Source: Planctomycetota bacterium (GTDB lineage: Bacteria > Planctomycetota > UBA1135 > GCA-002686595). From it: a stretch of DNA of 55,345 nt. How positions within the stretch are numbered: position 1 is the stretch's first letter; every line of letters starts with the position of its first letter. The translations under genes were made by a program, and so were the position numbers. The notes below the pieces were generated by a model. It ran no database searches. It saw only the letters and a program-made list of their open reading frames with translations, and was not told the DNA's origin. This document shows, piece by piece, positions 17,993-27,024 of this stretch. The stretch lies in contig JBCCSK010000001.1 in the NCBI GenBank assembly GCA_039200205.1, positions 1 through 55,345 of the forward strand, in the 5' to 3' direction.

Positions 17993-20521
17993 TCAGCGCC
18001 GAACGGACCGCGCCGGTCGCAGGCCTGTCAGCGTGTCGCGGTCGTTGGCGAGCCGGTCGGAGCGCGCGTAGACGTGCATCGATGCCGGCGTGTCGAGGCA
18101 GGACCCGCCGCGCCGCGAAACGTCACCGTCCGCCTCGGCGAGGACGAGGCCGTCGCCAGGTCGATGCTCGAGCTCGTGGTAGTCGACCTTGTAGACGTCG
18201 AGGCAGAGCTCCCAGACGTTGCCGAGCACGTCGTGGAGGCCGTAACGGTTCGGAGGGAACGTTCCCACGCGCGAGTGCGGATAGATGCCGTCGTCGGGGA
18301 GACCGTAGCGCTCCTGCTGTTCCTCGCGATGCGACGCCCAGTTCACGAGCCCGATGCAGTCGCGCACCTCGTCCCCGAAGAGCCGCGCACACGCGCTTCC
18401 ACCGAGCGCGGCCACCTCCCACTGCGCCTCGGTCGGGAGGGTCAGCCCGTAGCGAGGAAGCAGACGAACCGTCTCCTCCCAAGTCATGCTCTCGACGGGG
18501 TGAAGCCCGTCGATCGTCGCTCCCTGGATCTCGGAGCCGGCGTCCCAGTCGGCGGGATTCGAGCCGAAGCAGCGCCTCCACTGATCCTGGGTCATCTCGA
18601 ACTTGGAGATCAGGAACGGGTCGAGGTCGAGCCGCACGGGCGGCCCCTCGTGCGGAGAGCAGCCCGGAGGCGCAGCGTAGTGCTCGCCGTCCGGATCGAC
18701 GCTCTGGCCTCCGACGAGACCCGAGCTCGACGGGACGAGGACGAGAGTGAGCGCGTCGCCAGTCCGCGGGACGACGCAGCCGGACGGGTCGTCGCGCGCA
18801 GGGATCGCGCCCGTCGCGTGCACCGCGAACTCCTCCAGTCCGCTCAGGGGATCAGGGCCCAGGGGGACGAGTCCCTCCTGCGGGAGGAGCACGAGATCCG
18901 CGAAGCGCGGATCGGCGGCGACGCGCTCGGCGGCCGCACGCCAGGCGTCGCGATGGTCGTCGACCGTCCGCCTGCGAAGCTGCTCGGCGTCGCGGTGCCG
19001 CCGGAGGACGGCGTCGTACGGGCCGCCCGGCGCGAACATCGTCTGCATCGACGCGACGAACGCCTCACCCTCCTGCACGAGCCAAGCGCTCTCGATCTCT
19101 CCGACGACGTTGGACCCCGGGCTCTCGCCGCGATCGGCCACGCCTTCGAGCCACCGCTCGTGCTTCGGAAAGCGTCCACGAAGGTCGCTGGCCGAACCGA
19201 GCCACGCCTCGATCTCGGGGAGGGTTCGAGAATCGGCCGGCCAGAGCTCGTCCACCGTCCCGCGAAGGCGGCCGAGCAAGGCGCTGTCGGACATGACCAT
19301 CGCGACGGCGTTCGCGCGGCGCCGGTCGATCGAAGAGCGGAGCGCGATCGCCGACACGGCCCCGGTCACGAGGAGCGCAGCGGCGACGGCAGCGAACGCC
19401 AGCGGGTAGCGGCGCACCACTCGGAGCACCCCGTCGAGCTTCGTGGGGCGACGGGCCGCGACCGAACGGCCGTCGAGGAAACGCTCCAGGTCGTCGGCGA
19501 AAGCGCCAACGGTGGCGTAGCGACGGTTCGGCTCGGACGCGAGCGCCGTCGCGAGGATGGCGACGACGTCGCCGCGCAGCCCGGGCTCGTACCGGGTGGG
19601 AGACGTCCAGGCGCCCTCGGCGATCACGCGCAGGGCGTCGTGCGGGAGGCGTCCCCGGATCGGCAGCGGGAGCTCGCCGGTCAGGAGCTCGTAGAGCATC
19701 GCGCCCAGCGCGAACTGGTCGGCGCGCTCATCGACGACGCCGCCGCGCGCCTGCTCCGGCGCCATGTAGGCGAGCGTCCCGACGACCTGTCCCGTCGCGG
19801 TGAGCGTGAGGTGCTCGGCGTCGTCGTCCCGCACCCGCGCGACGCCGAAGTCGACGACGCGGACCGTCCCGTCCTCGCGGACGAGCACGTTCTCGGGCTT
19901 GAGGTCCCGATGGACGACACCCTGGTCGTGGACGTGATGGACGGCGCGCGCGACGCGAAGCAGGAGCGCGATGCGCTCTCGCCGATCGAGTCCGGCTCGA
20001 TCGGCGTACGCGGTCAGCGGCAGCCCGTCCACGAACTCCATCGCGAACCACGACTGCTCGCCGACCCCGAGGTCAGCAACGCCGGCTTCGTAGACGGTGG
20101 CGATCCCCGGATGGTCGAGCTGCGCGAGCGCCCGGATCTCACGGCGGAAGCGGTCGACGGCCGAGGGTCCGGCTCGGTCGATCCGAAGGACCTTCAGCGC
20201 AACGGGCCGTCGCGGCGAGGACTGCTGCGCGAGGTACACGACACCCGCAGATCCCCAGCCGAGGACGCGCTCGACCGCGTACGGCCCGATCCTCTCGGGG
20301 ATCGGCGACGCGCTCGCCGCGGGACTCGCGCCGAGCGGCGCTTCGAGGAAGGCGCCCAGATCGTCGACTCCCGCGACGAGGGCGCGCGCTTCGTCGAGCG
20401 TCTTGCCGGGACGGAGCCGTTCGAGGAGGAAGGCGTCCCGCTCCGCGGCGGGAAGCTCGAGGGCATCGCGGAGGAGCGCGCGGTACTCCTCCCGCTCATC
20501 TGCCCGTGAAAGATGCGCCAT
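17993..20521 (-). CDS. Membrane Ser/Thr protein kinase with C-terminal FGE-sulfatase (SUMF1-like) domain
   Basis: GWGSAGVV, VALK, HRDLKPEN, DFG and YMAPE; one TM helix; C-terminal ISKFEMTQ, HPVE, LPTEAQWE, PNRYGLHDVLGNVWE, RGGS and GLR. Start ATG 20521. Confidence 0.92.
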   Translation of the reverse strand: MAHLSRADEREEYRALLRDALELPAAERDAFLLERLRPGKTLDEARALVAGVDDLGAFLEAPLGASPAASASPIPERIGPYAVERVLGWGSAGVVYLAQQSSPRRPVALKVLRIDRAGPSAVDRFRREIRALAQLDHPGIATVYEAGVADLGVGEQSWFAMEFVDGLPLTAYADRAGLDRRERIALLLRVARAVHHVHDQGVVHRDLKPENVLVREDGTVRVVDFGVARVRDDDAEHLTLTATGQVVGTLAYMAPEQARGGVVDERADQFALGAMLYELLTGELPLPIRGRLPHDALRVIAEGAWTSPTRYEPGLRGDVVAILATALASEPNRRYATVGAFADDLERFLDGRSVAARRPTKLDGVLRVVRRYPLAFAAVAAALLVTGAVSAIALRSSIDRRRANAVAMVMSDSALLGRLRGTVDELWPADSRTLPEIEAWLGSASDLRGRFPKHERWLEGVADRGESPGSNVVGEIESAWLVQEGEAFVASMQTMFAPGGPYDAVLRRHRDAEQLRRRTVDDHRDAWRAAAERVAADPRFADLVLLPQEGLVPLGPDPLSGLEEFAVHATGAIPARDDPSGCVVPRTGDALTLVLVPSSSGLVGGQSVDPDGEHYAAPPGCSPHEGPPVRLDLDPFLISKFEMTQDQWRRCFGSNPADWDAGSEIQGATIDGLHPVESMTWEETVRLLPRYGLTLPTEAQWEVAALGGSACARLFGDEVRDCIGLVNWASHREEQQERYGLPDDGIYPHSRVGTFPPNRYGLHDVLGNVWELCLDVYKVDYHELEHRPGDGLVLAEADGDVSRRGGSCLDTPASMHVYARSDRLANDRDTLTGLRPARSVRR

Positions 20522-20562
20522 CGTGCAAGGTTGCCCCGTGCGCCCGCATTCTAGGGGTTTTC

Positions 20563-20958
20563 CTAGCCCGGCGAGCGGGGACTGCTCCGCAGTGCCTGGA
20601 CCGCGGCTGCCAGCCAGCCCGCCATCAGGAGGATTCCGCCCAGAGGCGTGATCGCGCCCAGCCACCGGGGGCCGCCGAGAGCCATCGCGTAGAGCGTCCC
20701 GGAGAAGACGACCATGCCGAGCGTGAAGCCGACGACGGTCACGCGGCCTGGCGCGCGGTCCTGGAAGGCCGCCGTCACGGCGACGAGAGCGACCGCATGC
20801 ACGAGCTGGTAGCGGGCAGCGGTCTCCCACCACTCGAGTCTCTCGGCCGCGTCCGGGGCGCCATCCAGCACGCCCTCGAGGCCATGCGCGCCGAAAGCCC
20901 CCAGCGCGACTCCCAGGAAGCCAGCGAGCGTGCCGATCGCAATCGCGGTGTGTCTCAT
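20563..20958 (-). CDS. DUF423 (YgdD/TMEM256) membrane protein
   Basis: VALGAFGAHGL, WETAARYQLVHA, FSGTLY and LGAITPLGG..LMAGW. Start ATG 20958. Confidence 0.92.
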   Translation of the reverse strand: MRHTAIAIGTLAGFLGVALGAFGAHGLEGVLDGAPDAAERLEWWETAARYQLVHAVALVAVTAAFQDRAPGRVTVVGFTLGMVVFSGTLYAMALGGPRWLGAITPLGGILLMAGWLAAAVQALRSSPRSPG

Positions 20959-21090
20959 TCCTGCCCTTCGCCGCCCGAAGTGAGAAGCGGAAACGGTCAC
21001 CTGGACCCCGGCAGCAGGGTACGTTTCGAGTGCGATTTCTGGCCGGACTCGGGCCCGATTCCGCGCTTCGCAACGGAAGACCCTCCCACG

Positions 21091-22419
21091 ATGCTCGTCC
21101 CCCTCGTCCTCGGCCTGGCCGCCTTCCAAAGCGCCGACGCACTCCCGACCGGGCCCCTCACGCCCCGTGCGCTCGGCGGCGCCTTCGCGTCCCCCTTCTC
21201 GCCGCCCGTCCAGGGCGCCGCGGTCAGCGGTCGCGTGCTGGAGATCACGCTGGCCTTCTCCGGCCAGACGTACGAGGAGCGCTTCGTCCTCGGGATCCCG
21301 GCGAACCTCCAGGTGCCGGCGCCGGTCCTGACCCTCTTCCACGGGTACGGCGAAGAGCCGCTCGACGTCGTTCAGAACACGCCCCTCGTCCAGGAGGCAA
21401 TGCAGAGGGGCTGGCTGGTCTTCGTGCCCCTGGGCGCGCACAAGTTCAACTACGGGATCGACTACGCGCAGGAGAACATCGAGCTCGCGTTCTCGTTCCT
21501 CTCGGCGCGGCTGAACCTCGACCTCGATCGCATCTACGCGGTCGGCTTCTCGATGGGCGGCGGCGCCGCGGCGAGCTTCGCCTCGCGTCACCTCGATCCG
21601 AACGGCATTCGGATCGCAGCGCTCGTCAACCACACCGGCACGACGTCCCTCCGAGCGACGTTCCAGACGACGACAGCGAACAACCAGAACTTCCTCCGCC
21701 ACCCGCTGATGTTCGGCGGAACGCCCGACCAGGTGCCGTTCCGCTATCGCCGCAGCTCGACCGTCGACTACGACGCACTCGCGGGGACGATCGACGCCAA
21801 TAGCGAGATGGCGTCCAACATCGCGCACATTGCGACGCGGCACTGGAACGCCGAGTTCGACCCGAACCTGGCGCTGATCGATCAGACCGTGCGCCTCCAC
21901 GAGCGGATGCTCGCGCGCGGCGCGGATTCGGCGCGTCGGGTCGTGACCTCGTCGGTCCACACCTGGACGACGCTCGACTCGACCGCCGTCCTCGACTGGC
22001 TCGAACAGCAGACGCTCAGCGCCCCGGCCGCAGGCTCGGTGGCCAAGACGTTCGCCGACCGCGACGGCCGCTGGCACGAGCTGGACATCGTCCAGGACCG
22101 CGCCGGCGAACTGACACCGGTCCTCTGGAGCAGTCAGCCGAGCTTCAACACGCTCTACCTGATCGAGATGGCGAACGCGGCTTCGATCGGGACCGACGTG
22201 GTCAGGCTCGACCTCGACACGACGCAGCCGCTGAAGCTCGTCCTCCAGACGCTCGACGCCTCCGAGCCGGACATCGTGCTGAGCGGCGTTCCGTCCGCTC
22301 CGTCGGACGTGCGGCGGGGCGGCGTGTCCGTGCCGTCGTGGAGCTACGACGCGACGAGCCAGACGCTCACCCTCCACGAGTCGGGCCGCGGCTGGGCGAC
22401 GTGGACGGTCGTTCCCTGA
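21091..22419 (+). CDS. Secreted alpha/beta-hydrolase (esterase/depolymerase-like)
   Basis: Signal peptide; PVLTLFHGYG, DRIYAVGFSMGG nucleophile elbow, candidate Asp (EFDP) and His (VHTW); beta-rich C-terminal extension. Confidence 0.8.
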   Translation: MLVPLVLGLAAFQSADALPTGPLTPRALGGAFASPFSPPVQGAAVSGRVLEITLAFSGQTYEERFVLGIPANLQVPAPVLTLFHGYGEEPLDVVQNTPLVQEAMQRGWLVFVPLGAHKFNYGIDYAQENIELAFSFLSARLNLDLDRIYAVGFSMGGGAAASFASRHLDPNGIRIAALVNHTGTTSLRATFQTTTANNQNFLRHPLMFGGTPDQVPFRYRRSSTVDYDALAGTIDANSEMASNIAHIATRHWNAEFDPNLALIDQTVRLHERMLARGADSARRVVTSSVHTWTTLDSTAVLDWLEQQTLSAPAAGSVAKTFADRDGRWHELDIVQDRAGELTPVLWSSQPSFNTLYLIEMANAASIGTDVVRLDLDTTQPLKLVLQTLDASEPDIVLSGVPSAPSDVRRGGVSVPSWSYDATSQTLTLHESGRGWATWTVVP

Positions 22420-22444
22420 TCACGTCGTTCCCACATCACCGGGG

Positions 22445-22505
22445 CGAGGGCGCGCTCGGCACGCCGGGCGAACGTCTCGCCCGACGTGCCGGCGCGTGCC
22501 CCTCG
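22445..22505 (+). terminator. Long imperfect hairpin after the hydrolase gene
   Basis: cgagggcgcgctcggcacgccgggcga / tcgcccgacgtgccggcgcgtgcccctcg pair over about 25 bp with G-U pairs and bulges; no U-tract. Confidence 0.4.
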
Positions 22506-22766
22506 ACGGTTGCGAGAAGCGGAAGCGAGCCTTCCGCTGTCGAGGGGCGACGCCGCCGTGGCGGCAGGCTTCGCGCATGGCCTCGGGCCGGTCGTGCGGC
22601 AGTTAGCGAATCCCGGACCAGTGGTCACACGGTCGCACCGGCGCATTCATGAGCGGAGGATGAGGATGCGGGCGAGGCGCGGCCTGCGACATCCCGTCGC
22701 TCGTCCTCTCAGGAGCGCACGGGACTGAGCGCTTCCGAACGGCGGTCCGGATGGAGCGTAAGGAGA

Positions 22767-22802
22767 CGAGGCCGCCCCCGGGGACACCCGGGAACGGCCT
22801 CG
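22767..22802 (-). terminator. Terminator-like hairpin downstream of the SPFH pair
   Basis: Minus-strand RNA cgaggccguucccggg-uguc-cccgggggcggccucg forms 16 bp (two G-U pairs exist only on the minus strand), followed by ucuccuu. Confidence 0.5.
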
Positions 22803-22966
22803 CTTTCCGATTTCCTGCTCTCCAGGCCTCGTGCGTCGCGGGCGCGTCGCAGGGGACCCTGCGCGGCCTACGACCACCGGACCCCGCGGTCACGTTCCAG
22901 AATCACAGGCATACGCCCTTTGAACATCGGCGAGTGAGCGGAGCGCGGGCATCTCCGCTCAGCGGG

Positions 22967-24052
22967 TCAGCGATCCGAACCGCCCGGCTCGTCCTCGCCC
23001 ACGAGAAGGCGCACCATCTCGGAGACGTTGATGACGGACGGGACGCGCGGGTCGTTGCTGTTGAGCGTGACGCTCTCGAATTCGAGGTTCTCCGCCGCCT
23101 GTTGCGCCAGGAAGATCCGGCCGCCCGTCGTATCGAGCGCCTGGTTGCGCAGCTCGTTGCGGAGCGCCTCGGCCTTCTCGATCGCCAGGTTGCCGTTCGC
23201 GATCGACGTCTCGTAGCGAGCGTCCGCCTGTGCGCGCGTTCGCTGCTCGTAGATGTTCGCCTCGGCGTTGACCGAAGCGATCGCGACCTGGTTCTCGGAG
23301 CTCGCGGTCTGGAGACGCTTGTCCCAGTCACCGCGCAGCTCCTTCTCCGCGGCGCTGATCTCGGCAGCCTTCGTCTCCGTGATCGCGCGCTGGTCCTCGA
23401 CCGCGCGCTGCGACTCGGCGAGCTCGCGCTTCTGGTAGGTCAGCTGCTTCTCCTGGAGTCGCGCCTCGTAGCCGTCCGGGAAACGGACGGCGCGGATCAG
23501 GACCTGGTCCGGCACGCAGTGGAACTCGTCGAGGTCCTTGTCGAGTCGAGCCAATGCGGTCCGGGCCACCTCGAGTCGCGCCTCGGTGCTGAAGATCTCC
23601 TCGGACGCGAGCTGCGCGAGCTCCTCGCGCATCACCGCCTCGACGGTCGCGAGCACGCGCTCGCGATACACGTCCTTGCGACGGTCGGCGACGATTCGGT
23701 GCGCGCGCCCCTGGATGACCTTGTACGTGACCGAGAGGTCGTAGGTCGCGAGGTTGTTGTCCTTCGTCCGGATCTCGAGAGCGGGCCGCGCCATTCCGAA
23801 GGACGTGTGCACGTCCGACTCCGCGAACGTCACGAAGTGCGTGCGGCGGTCGATCAAGTGCCACTGGTGCACGCCCGGGACCCGCAGGGCGAACCCCGTC
23901 TCGTGGTCCTCCATCACGACGCCGCCGCCGAGCATGTTCTGCTTGACGCCGAAGTGCCACGGGTGGATCCGCACGAAGAACGTCGTCGCGAACAGGAACA
24001 GGACGACCGCAGCCGCGGCGATCCCGATGAAGATCTTTGCCATTCCGCTCAT
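22967..24052 (-). CDS. SPFH / Band-7 domain protein
   Basis: N-terminal TM; 'LEIRTKDNNLATYDLSVTYKV', 'VLIRAVRFPDGYEARLQEKQL'; Ala/Glu-rich coiled coil. Confidence 0.85.
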   Translation of the reverse strand: MSGMAKIFIGIAAAAVVLFLFATTFFVRIHPWHFGVKQNMLGGGVVMEDHETGFALRVPGVHQWHLIDRRTHFVTFAESDVHTSFGMARPALEIRTKDNNLATYDLSVTYKVIQGRAHRIVADRRKDVYRERVLATVEAVMREELAQLASEEIFSTEARLEVARTALARLDKDLDEFHCVPDQVLIRAVRFPDGYEARLQEKQLTYQKRELAESQRAVEDQRAITETKAAEISAAEKELRGDWDKRLQTASSENQVAIASVNAEANIYEQRTRAQADARYETSIANGNLAIEKAEALRNELRNQALDTTGGRIFLAQQAAENLEFESVTLNSNDPRVPSVINVSEMVRLLVGEDEPGGSDR

Positions 24053-25278
24053 TGTCCCTCACCTCCGTAGTCGGCCGGGATCAAGCGCCCCGCCGTGCCG
24101 CTGTGCTCGAGGCGCTCGGGCGCCGGATCCCTGCTGTAGGGCACGAGCGTGAACCGAACGCCCAGGAGCTTTTGGACGAGCGCTTCACGCACGACGACCT
24201 CGCCGCGCTCCTCCAGCGCCTTCGCGCGACTCTCGATGCCTTCGGCCTCCTTCGTGTACTTCGCCACGAGGCCCTCGGACTCCGCCGTCAGTCGCGCTTC
24301 CACCGCCTGGCCCTCCGCCATCCGCTCGGTCGCATATGCGTCCGCGGCCCGGGTGACGCGAATCGCGCCCTGTTCAGCCGCGAGCAGGTCGCGCTTGAGC
24401 GTTCCGCGAAGCTCCTGCATCTCGACCTCCTTCTCCTTCTTCACGGCCGCCAGTCGCTGCTCGCGCTCCTGCTCGAGCTGCTGGACGCGGGCGCGGAGCT
24501 CCTCGACCTCCTGGTCGGCCTCCTTGCGCTGCTCGATCGCCCGCTCGTAGCGTTCGTCGAACTGCGGATTCGGCGTGATGATCCGAACGACGACGATGCC
24601 GTGCGGCTCGAGGATCTCGTTCATCCTCCGCCGCGCCTCCTCGGGCGCGGCCTTGTACGTCGTCGGGTCCGCGGCGTCGACGGCGCTGTAGCGACCGAAT
24701 TCGTCGCGCAGGATCGAGCGCGCGTAGGCCTTGATCCACTCTTCCTTGTACGCGTCGCCGCGACCGGAGTCCTCCAGCAGGACGTCGGCCATGCCCGGGA
24801 TGATCTCGTACTGGATCTTCAGCTCGTCGAACCAGAAGTTCGAGCCGTCGTTCGCGCGAACGGTCAGGTACGGCGCGACGTTCGATCCACGGAACGTGTC
24901 GCCGGCCATGACGTACTCCTGCGTCGTCCCGTCGAACTTGTACACGTCCATCAAGAACGGCAGATAGAACTGGTAGCCGGGGTTCGTTACGACCGTCTCC
25001 GCACCCGTCAGGTAGTTCACGCGCACGGCGACCTCGTTCGCCTCGACGCGCGTCACGCCGAGACGTCCGCTCAGCGCGAGCACCCCGAGGACGAGGACCA
25101 TCACGACGAGCAGCCCCGCCGCGATCTTCACGGGCAGCGGCGGGTCGGGGTAGCTCGGCTTCGCGCCCCCTCCCCCGCGCTTGCGGCTCGTTCGCCACGG
25201 GGGGTCGAACGCGCCCCGCCCCGGTTTCCTCGGCTCGTTCTCGTGGGAGGAGCCCTCAACGTCGATCGTCTTGCTCAT
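24049..25278 (-). CDS. SPFH / Band-7 domain protein
   Basis: TM then 'VEANEVAVRVN', 'LTVRANDG', 'ARSILRDEFG', 'PQFDERYERAIEQRK'; coiled coil; ATGA overlap with the paralog. Start ATG 25278. Confidence 0.85.
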   Translation of the reverse strand: MSKTIDVEGSSHENEPRKPGRGAFDPPWRTSRKRGGGGAKPSYPDPPLPVKIAAGLLVVMVLVLGVLALSGRLGVTRVEANEVAVRVNYLTGAETVVTNPGYQFYLPFLMDVYKFDGTTQEYVMAGDTFRGSNVAPYLTVRANDGSNFWFDELKIQYEIIPGMADVLLEDSGRGDAYKEEWIKAYARSILRDEFGRYSAVDAADPTTYKAAPEEARRRMNEILEPHGIVVVRIITPNPQFDERYERAIEQRKEADQEVEELRARVQQLEQEREQRLAAVKKEKEVEMQELRGTLKRDLLAAEQGAIRVTRAADAYATERMAEGQAVEARLTAESEGLVAKYTKEAEGIESRAKALEERGEVVVREALVQKLLGVRFTLVPYSRDPAPERLEHSGTAGRLIPADYGGEGQ

Positions 25279-25441
25279 GTCGGTTCCAGGGAATGGGGCC
25301 GCATCGGCTCTCGGCCCCCGCTCGGCAGTACGCGGGCCCGGGGAGCCCATTCAGCGCGCCCACCCGATCCTCATCGGGTCTCGCGCTGATCCACTCTTCC
25401 TCGGAGGAGAGTTTCTGGGGCGCTCCCGCCAGAATCCGGCC

Positions 25442-26467
25442 ATGGACTTCGATCCCGACGCCGCCTCCGGGGCCGAGAGCGGTCTCTTCGGGCTCCCCCA
25501 CGGCCCCGATGACGCGTACGTCCACGTCCTCGGTGTTCCCTACGAGGCGACCGTGTCGTACCGCGCGGGCGCGCGCCACGGCCCCGAAGCGGTCCTCGCG
25601 GCGAGCCGCCAGATCGACCTCTTCGACCTTCGGTTCGGAAGGCCGTACGAGCGCGGGATCTGGATGGCGCAGCCGTCTCGTGACATCGCGGCCTGGAACG
25701 AGGAGGCGCGGGCCCTCGCCTCGCCGATCATCGAACGCGGAGGCGCCGAGGAGAGCGACGCGCGCGCGATCGCCCGCGTCGACGAGCTCTCGAGTCTCGT
25801 CAACGACGCAGCGCACGCGTTCTTCGCCGAGCGGCTGGAAAGCGGAAGGCTCCCGGTTCTCGTCGGGGGCGATCACTCGACGCCCTTTGGCGCGATCGCG
25901 GCGTGCGCCGCGCACCACCCGGGCCTCGGCGTCCTGCACTTCGACGCGCACGCCGATCTTCGGCCCGCGTTCGAGGGCTTCCGCTGGTCGCACGCTTCGA
26001 TCCTGCGCAACGTCCTCGACGAGCTCGACGGCGTGCAGAGTCTGATCCAGGTCGGCGTCCGCGACCTGTGCGAACAGGAACACGATGCGATCGCCGCCGA
26101 CGAGCGCGTCGACGCGCTCTTCGACCACGGCCTCGCCGAGGCGCGCTTCGAGGGTCGTGTCCGTACGCTCGCGCGCGAGACGATCGCTCGCCTCCCCAAC
26201 CTCGTCTACGTGACGTTCGACGCGGACGGACTGGACCCGAGCCTCTGCCCGAACACCGGCACGCCCGTCCCGGGCGGTCTCGACTGGCAAGAAGCGATGG
26301 TCTGGCTGGAAGAGCTCGCGCGCTCCGGCAAGCGCATCGTCGGGCTCGACCTCGTCGAGGTCAGCCCCGGCCCCGACGGCGACCCCGAGGGTCGCTCGTG
26401 GGACGCGATCGTCGGAGCGCGACTCCTGTACCGGATGATCGGCGCAGCCCTAGCCTCGGGGCGCTGA
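25442..26467 (+). CDS. speB: Agmatinase / ureohydrolase
   Basis: GVPYE..VSYRAGA..GP, GGDHS, HFDAHAD, SHAS, TFDADGLDP..CPNTGTPVPGG and DLVEV motifs. Confidence 0.88.
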   Translation: MDFDPDAASGAESGLFGLPHGPDDAYVHVLGVPYEATVSYRAGARHGPEAVLAASRQIDLFDLRFGRPYERGIWMAQPSRDIAAWNEEARALASPIIERGGAEESDARAIARVDELSSLVNDAAHAFFAERLESGRLPVLVGGDHSTPFGAIAACAAHHPGLGVLHFDAHADLRPAFEGFRWSHASILRNVLDELDGVQSLIQVGVRDLCEQEHDAIAADERVDALFDHGLAEARFEGRVRTLARETIARLPNLVYVTFDADGLDPSLCPNTGTPVPGGLDWQEAMVWLEELARSGKRIVGLDLVEVSPGPDGDPEGRSWDAIVGARLLYRMIGAALASGR

Positions 26468-26480
26468 CCGGCGTCCCCCT

Positions 26481-27014
26481 CTACTTGCGGTCCCTGACGG
26501 TCACCGTCAGGTCGACGCTCCAGCGGTCCGCGGGGACCTCGTGATCCTTGACCTTGCGATCAGCGATCCGAAGGTCGATCTCGGTGATCTTGAGCTTCCG
26601 GCTCTCCTCCTCGAGGAGGTAGAGGAAGTTCGCGATCTTCGCGCGCTCGAACTGGGCGTTCTTGTCCTTCGGCGTGATCCGGTAGTTCGTGTCCTCGAAG
26701 CCGTCGATCGCCGGCGTGGTCCGCGGCTTCGCGATGTCGAGGTTGCCCCACTGCACGCGCGGGCGCGCGGCCAGCTCGAAGACGTACGTGCTCACGCTGT
26801 CCGCGCGATCACCCTTGACGCCCTCGTTCGCGCTGCGCTCCTTGTACTCGGTGTACTGGTAGGCGCGCTTGAGGATGCCCTCCGCGAGCTTCTCGACCTC
26901 GCCTCCAGGCCGCAGTGCGGCCTCGTACTCGTCGATCACTCGCTGCTGCTTCATCGCTTGCCAGCCGAGGACGAGTGAGCCTGCCAGGAGCAGGCCGATC
27001 ATGATGCGAACCAT
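26481..27014 (-). CDS. GspM/PilO-like bitopic membrane protein
   Basis: N-terminal TM, helical segment, then 'IANFLYLLEEESRKLKITEIDL...WSVDLTV' ferredoxin-like end; follows a GspL/PilM-like gene. Confidence 0.55.
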   Translation of the reverse strand: MVRIMIGLLLAGSLVLGWQAMKQQRVIDEYEAALRPGGEVEKLAEGILKRAYQYTEYKERSANEGVKGDRADSVSTYVFELAARPRVQWGNLDIAKPRTTPAIDGFEDTNYRITPKDKNAQFERAKIANFLYLLEEESRKLKITEIDLRIADRKVKDHEVPADRWSVDLTVTVRDRK

Positions 27015-27024
27015 GGCTTGACCT

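Noticed and set aside
20522-22377. N-terminal extensions of the kinase, DUF423 and hydrolase ORFs
   Set aside because: They overlap real neighbouring genes; internal ATGs give normal family N-termini.
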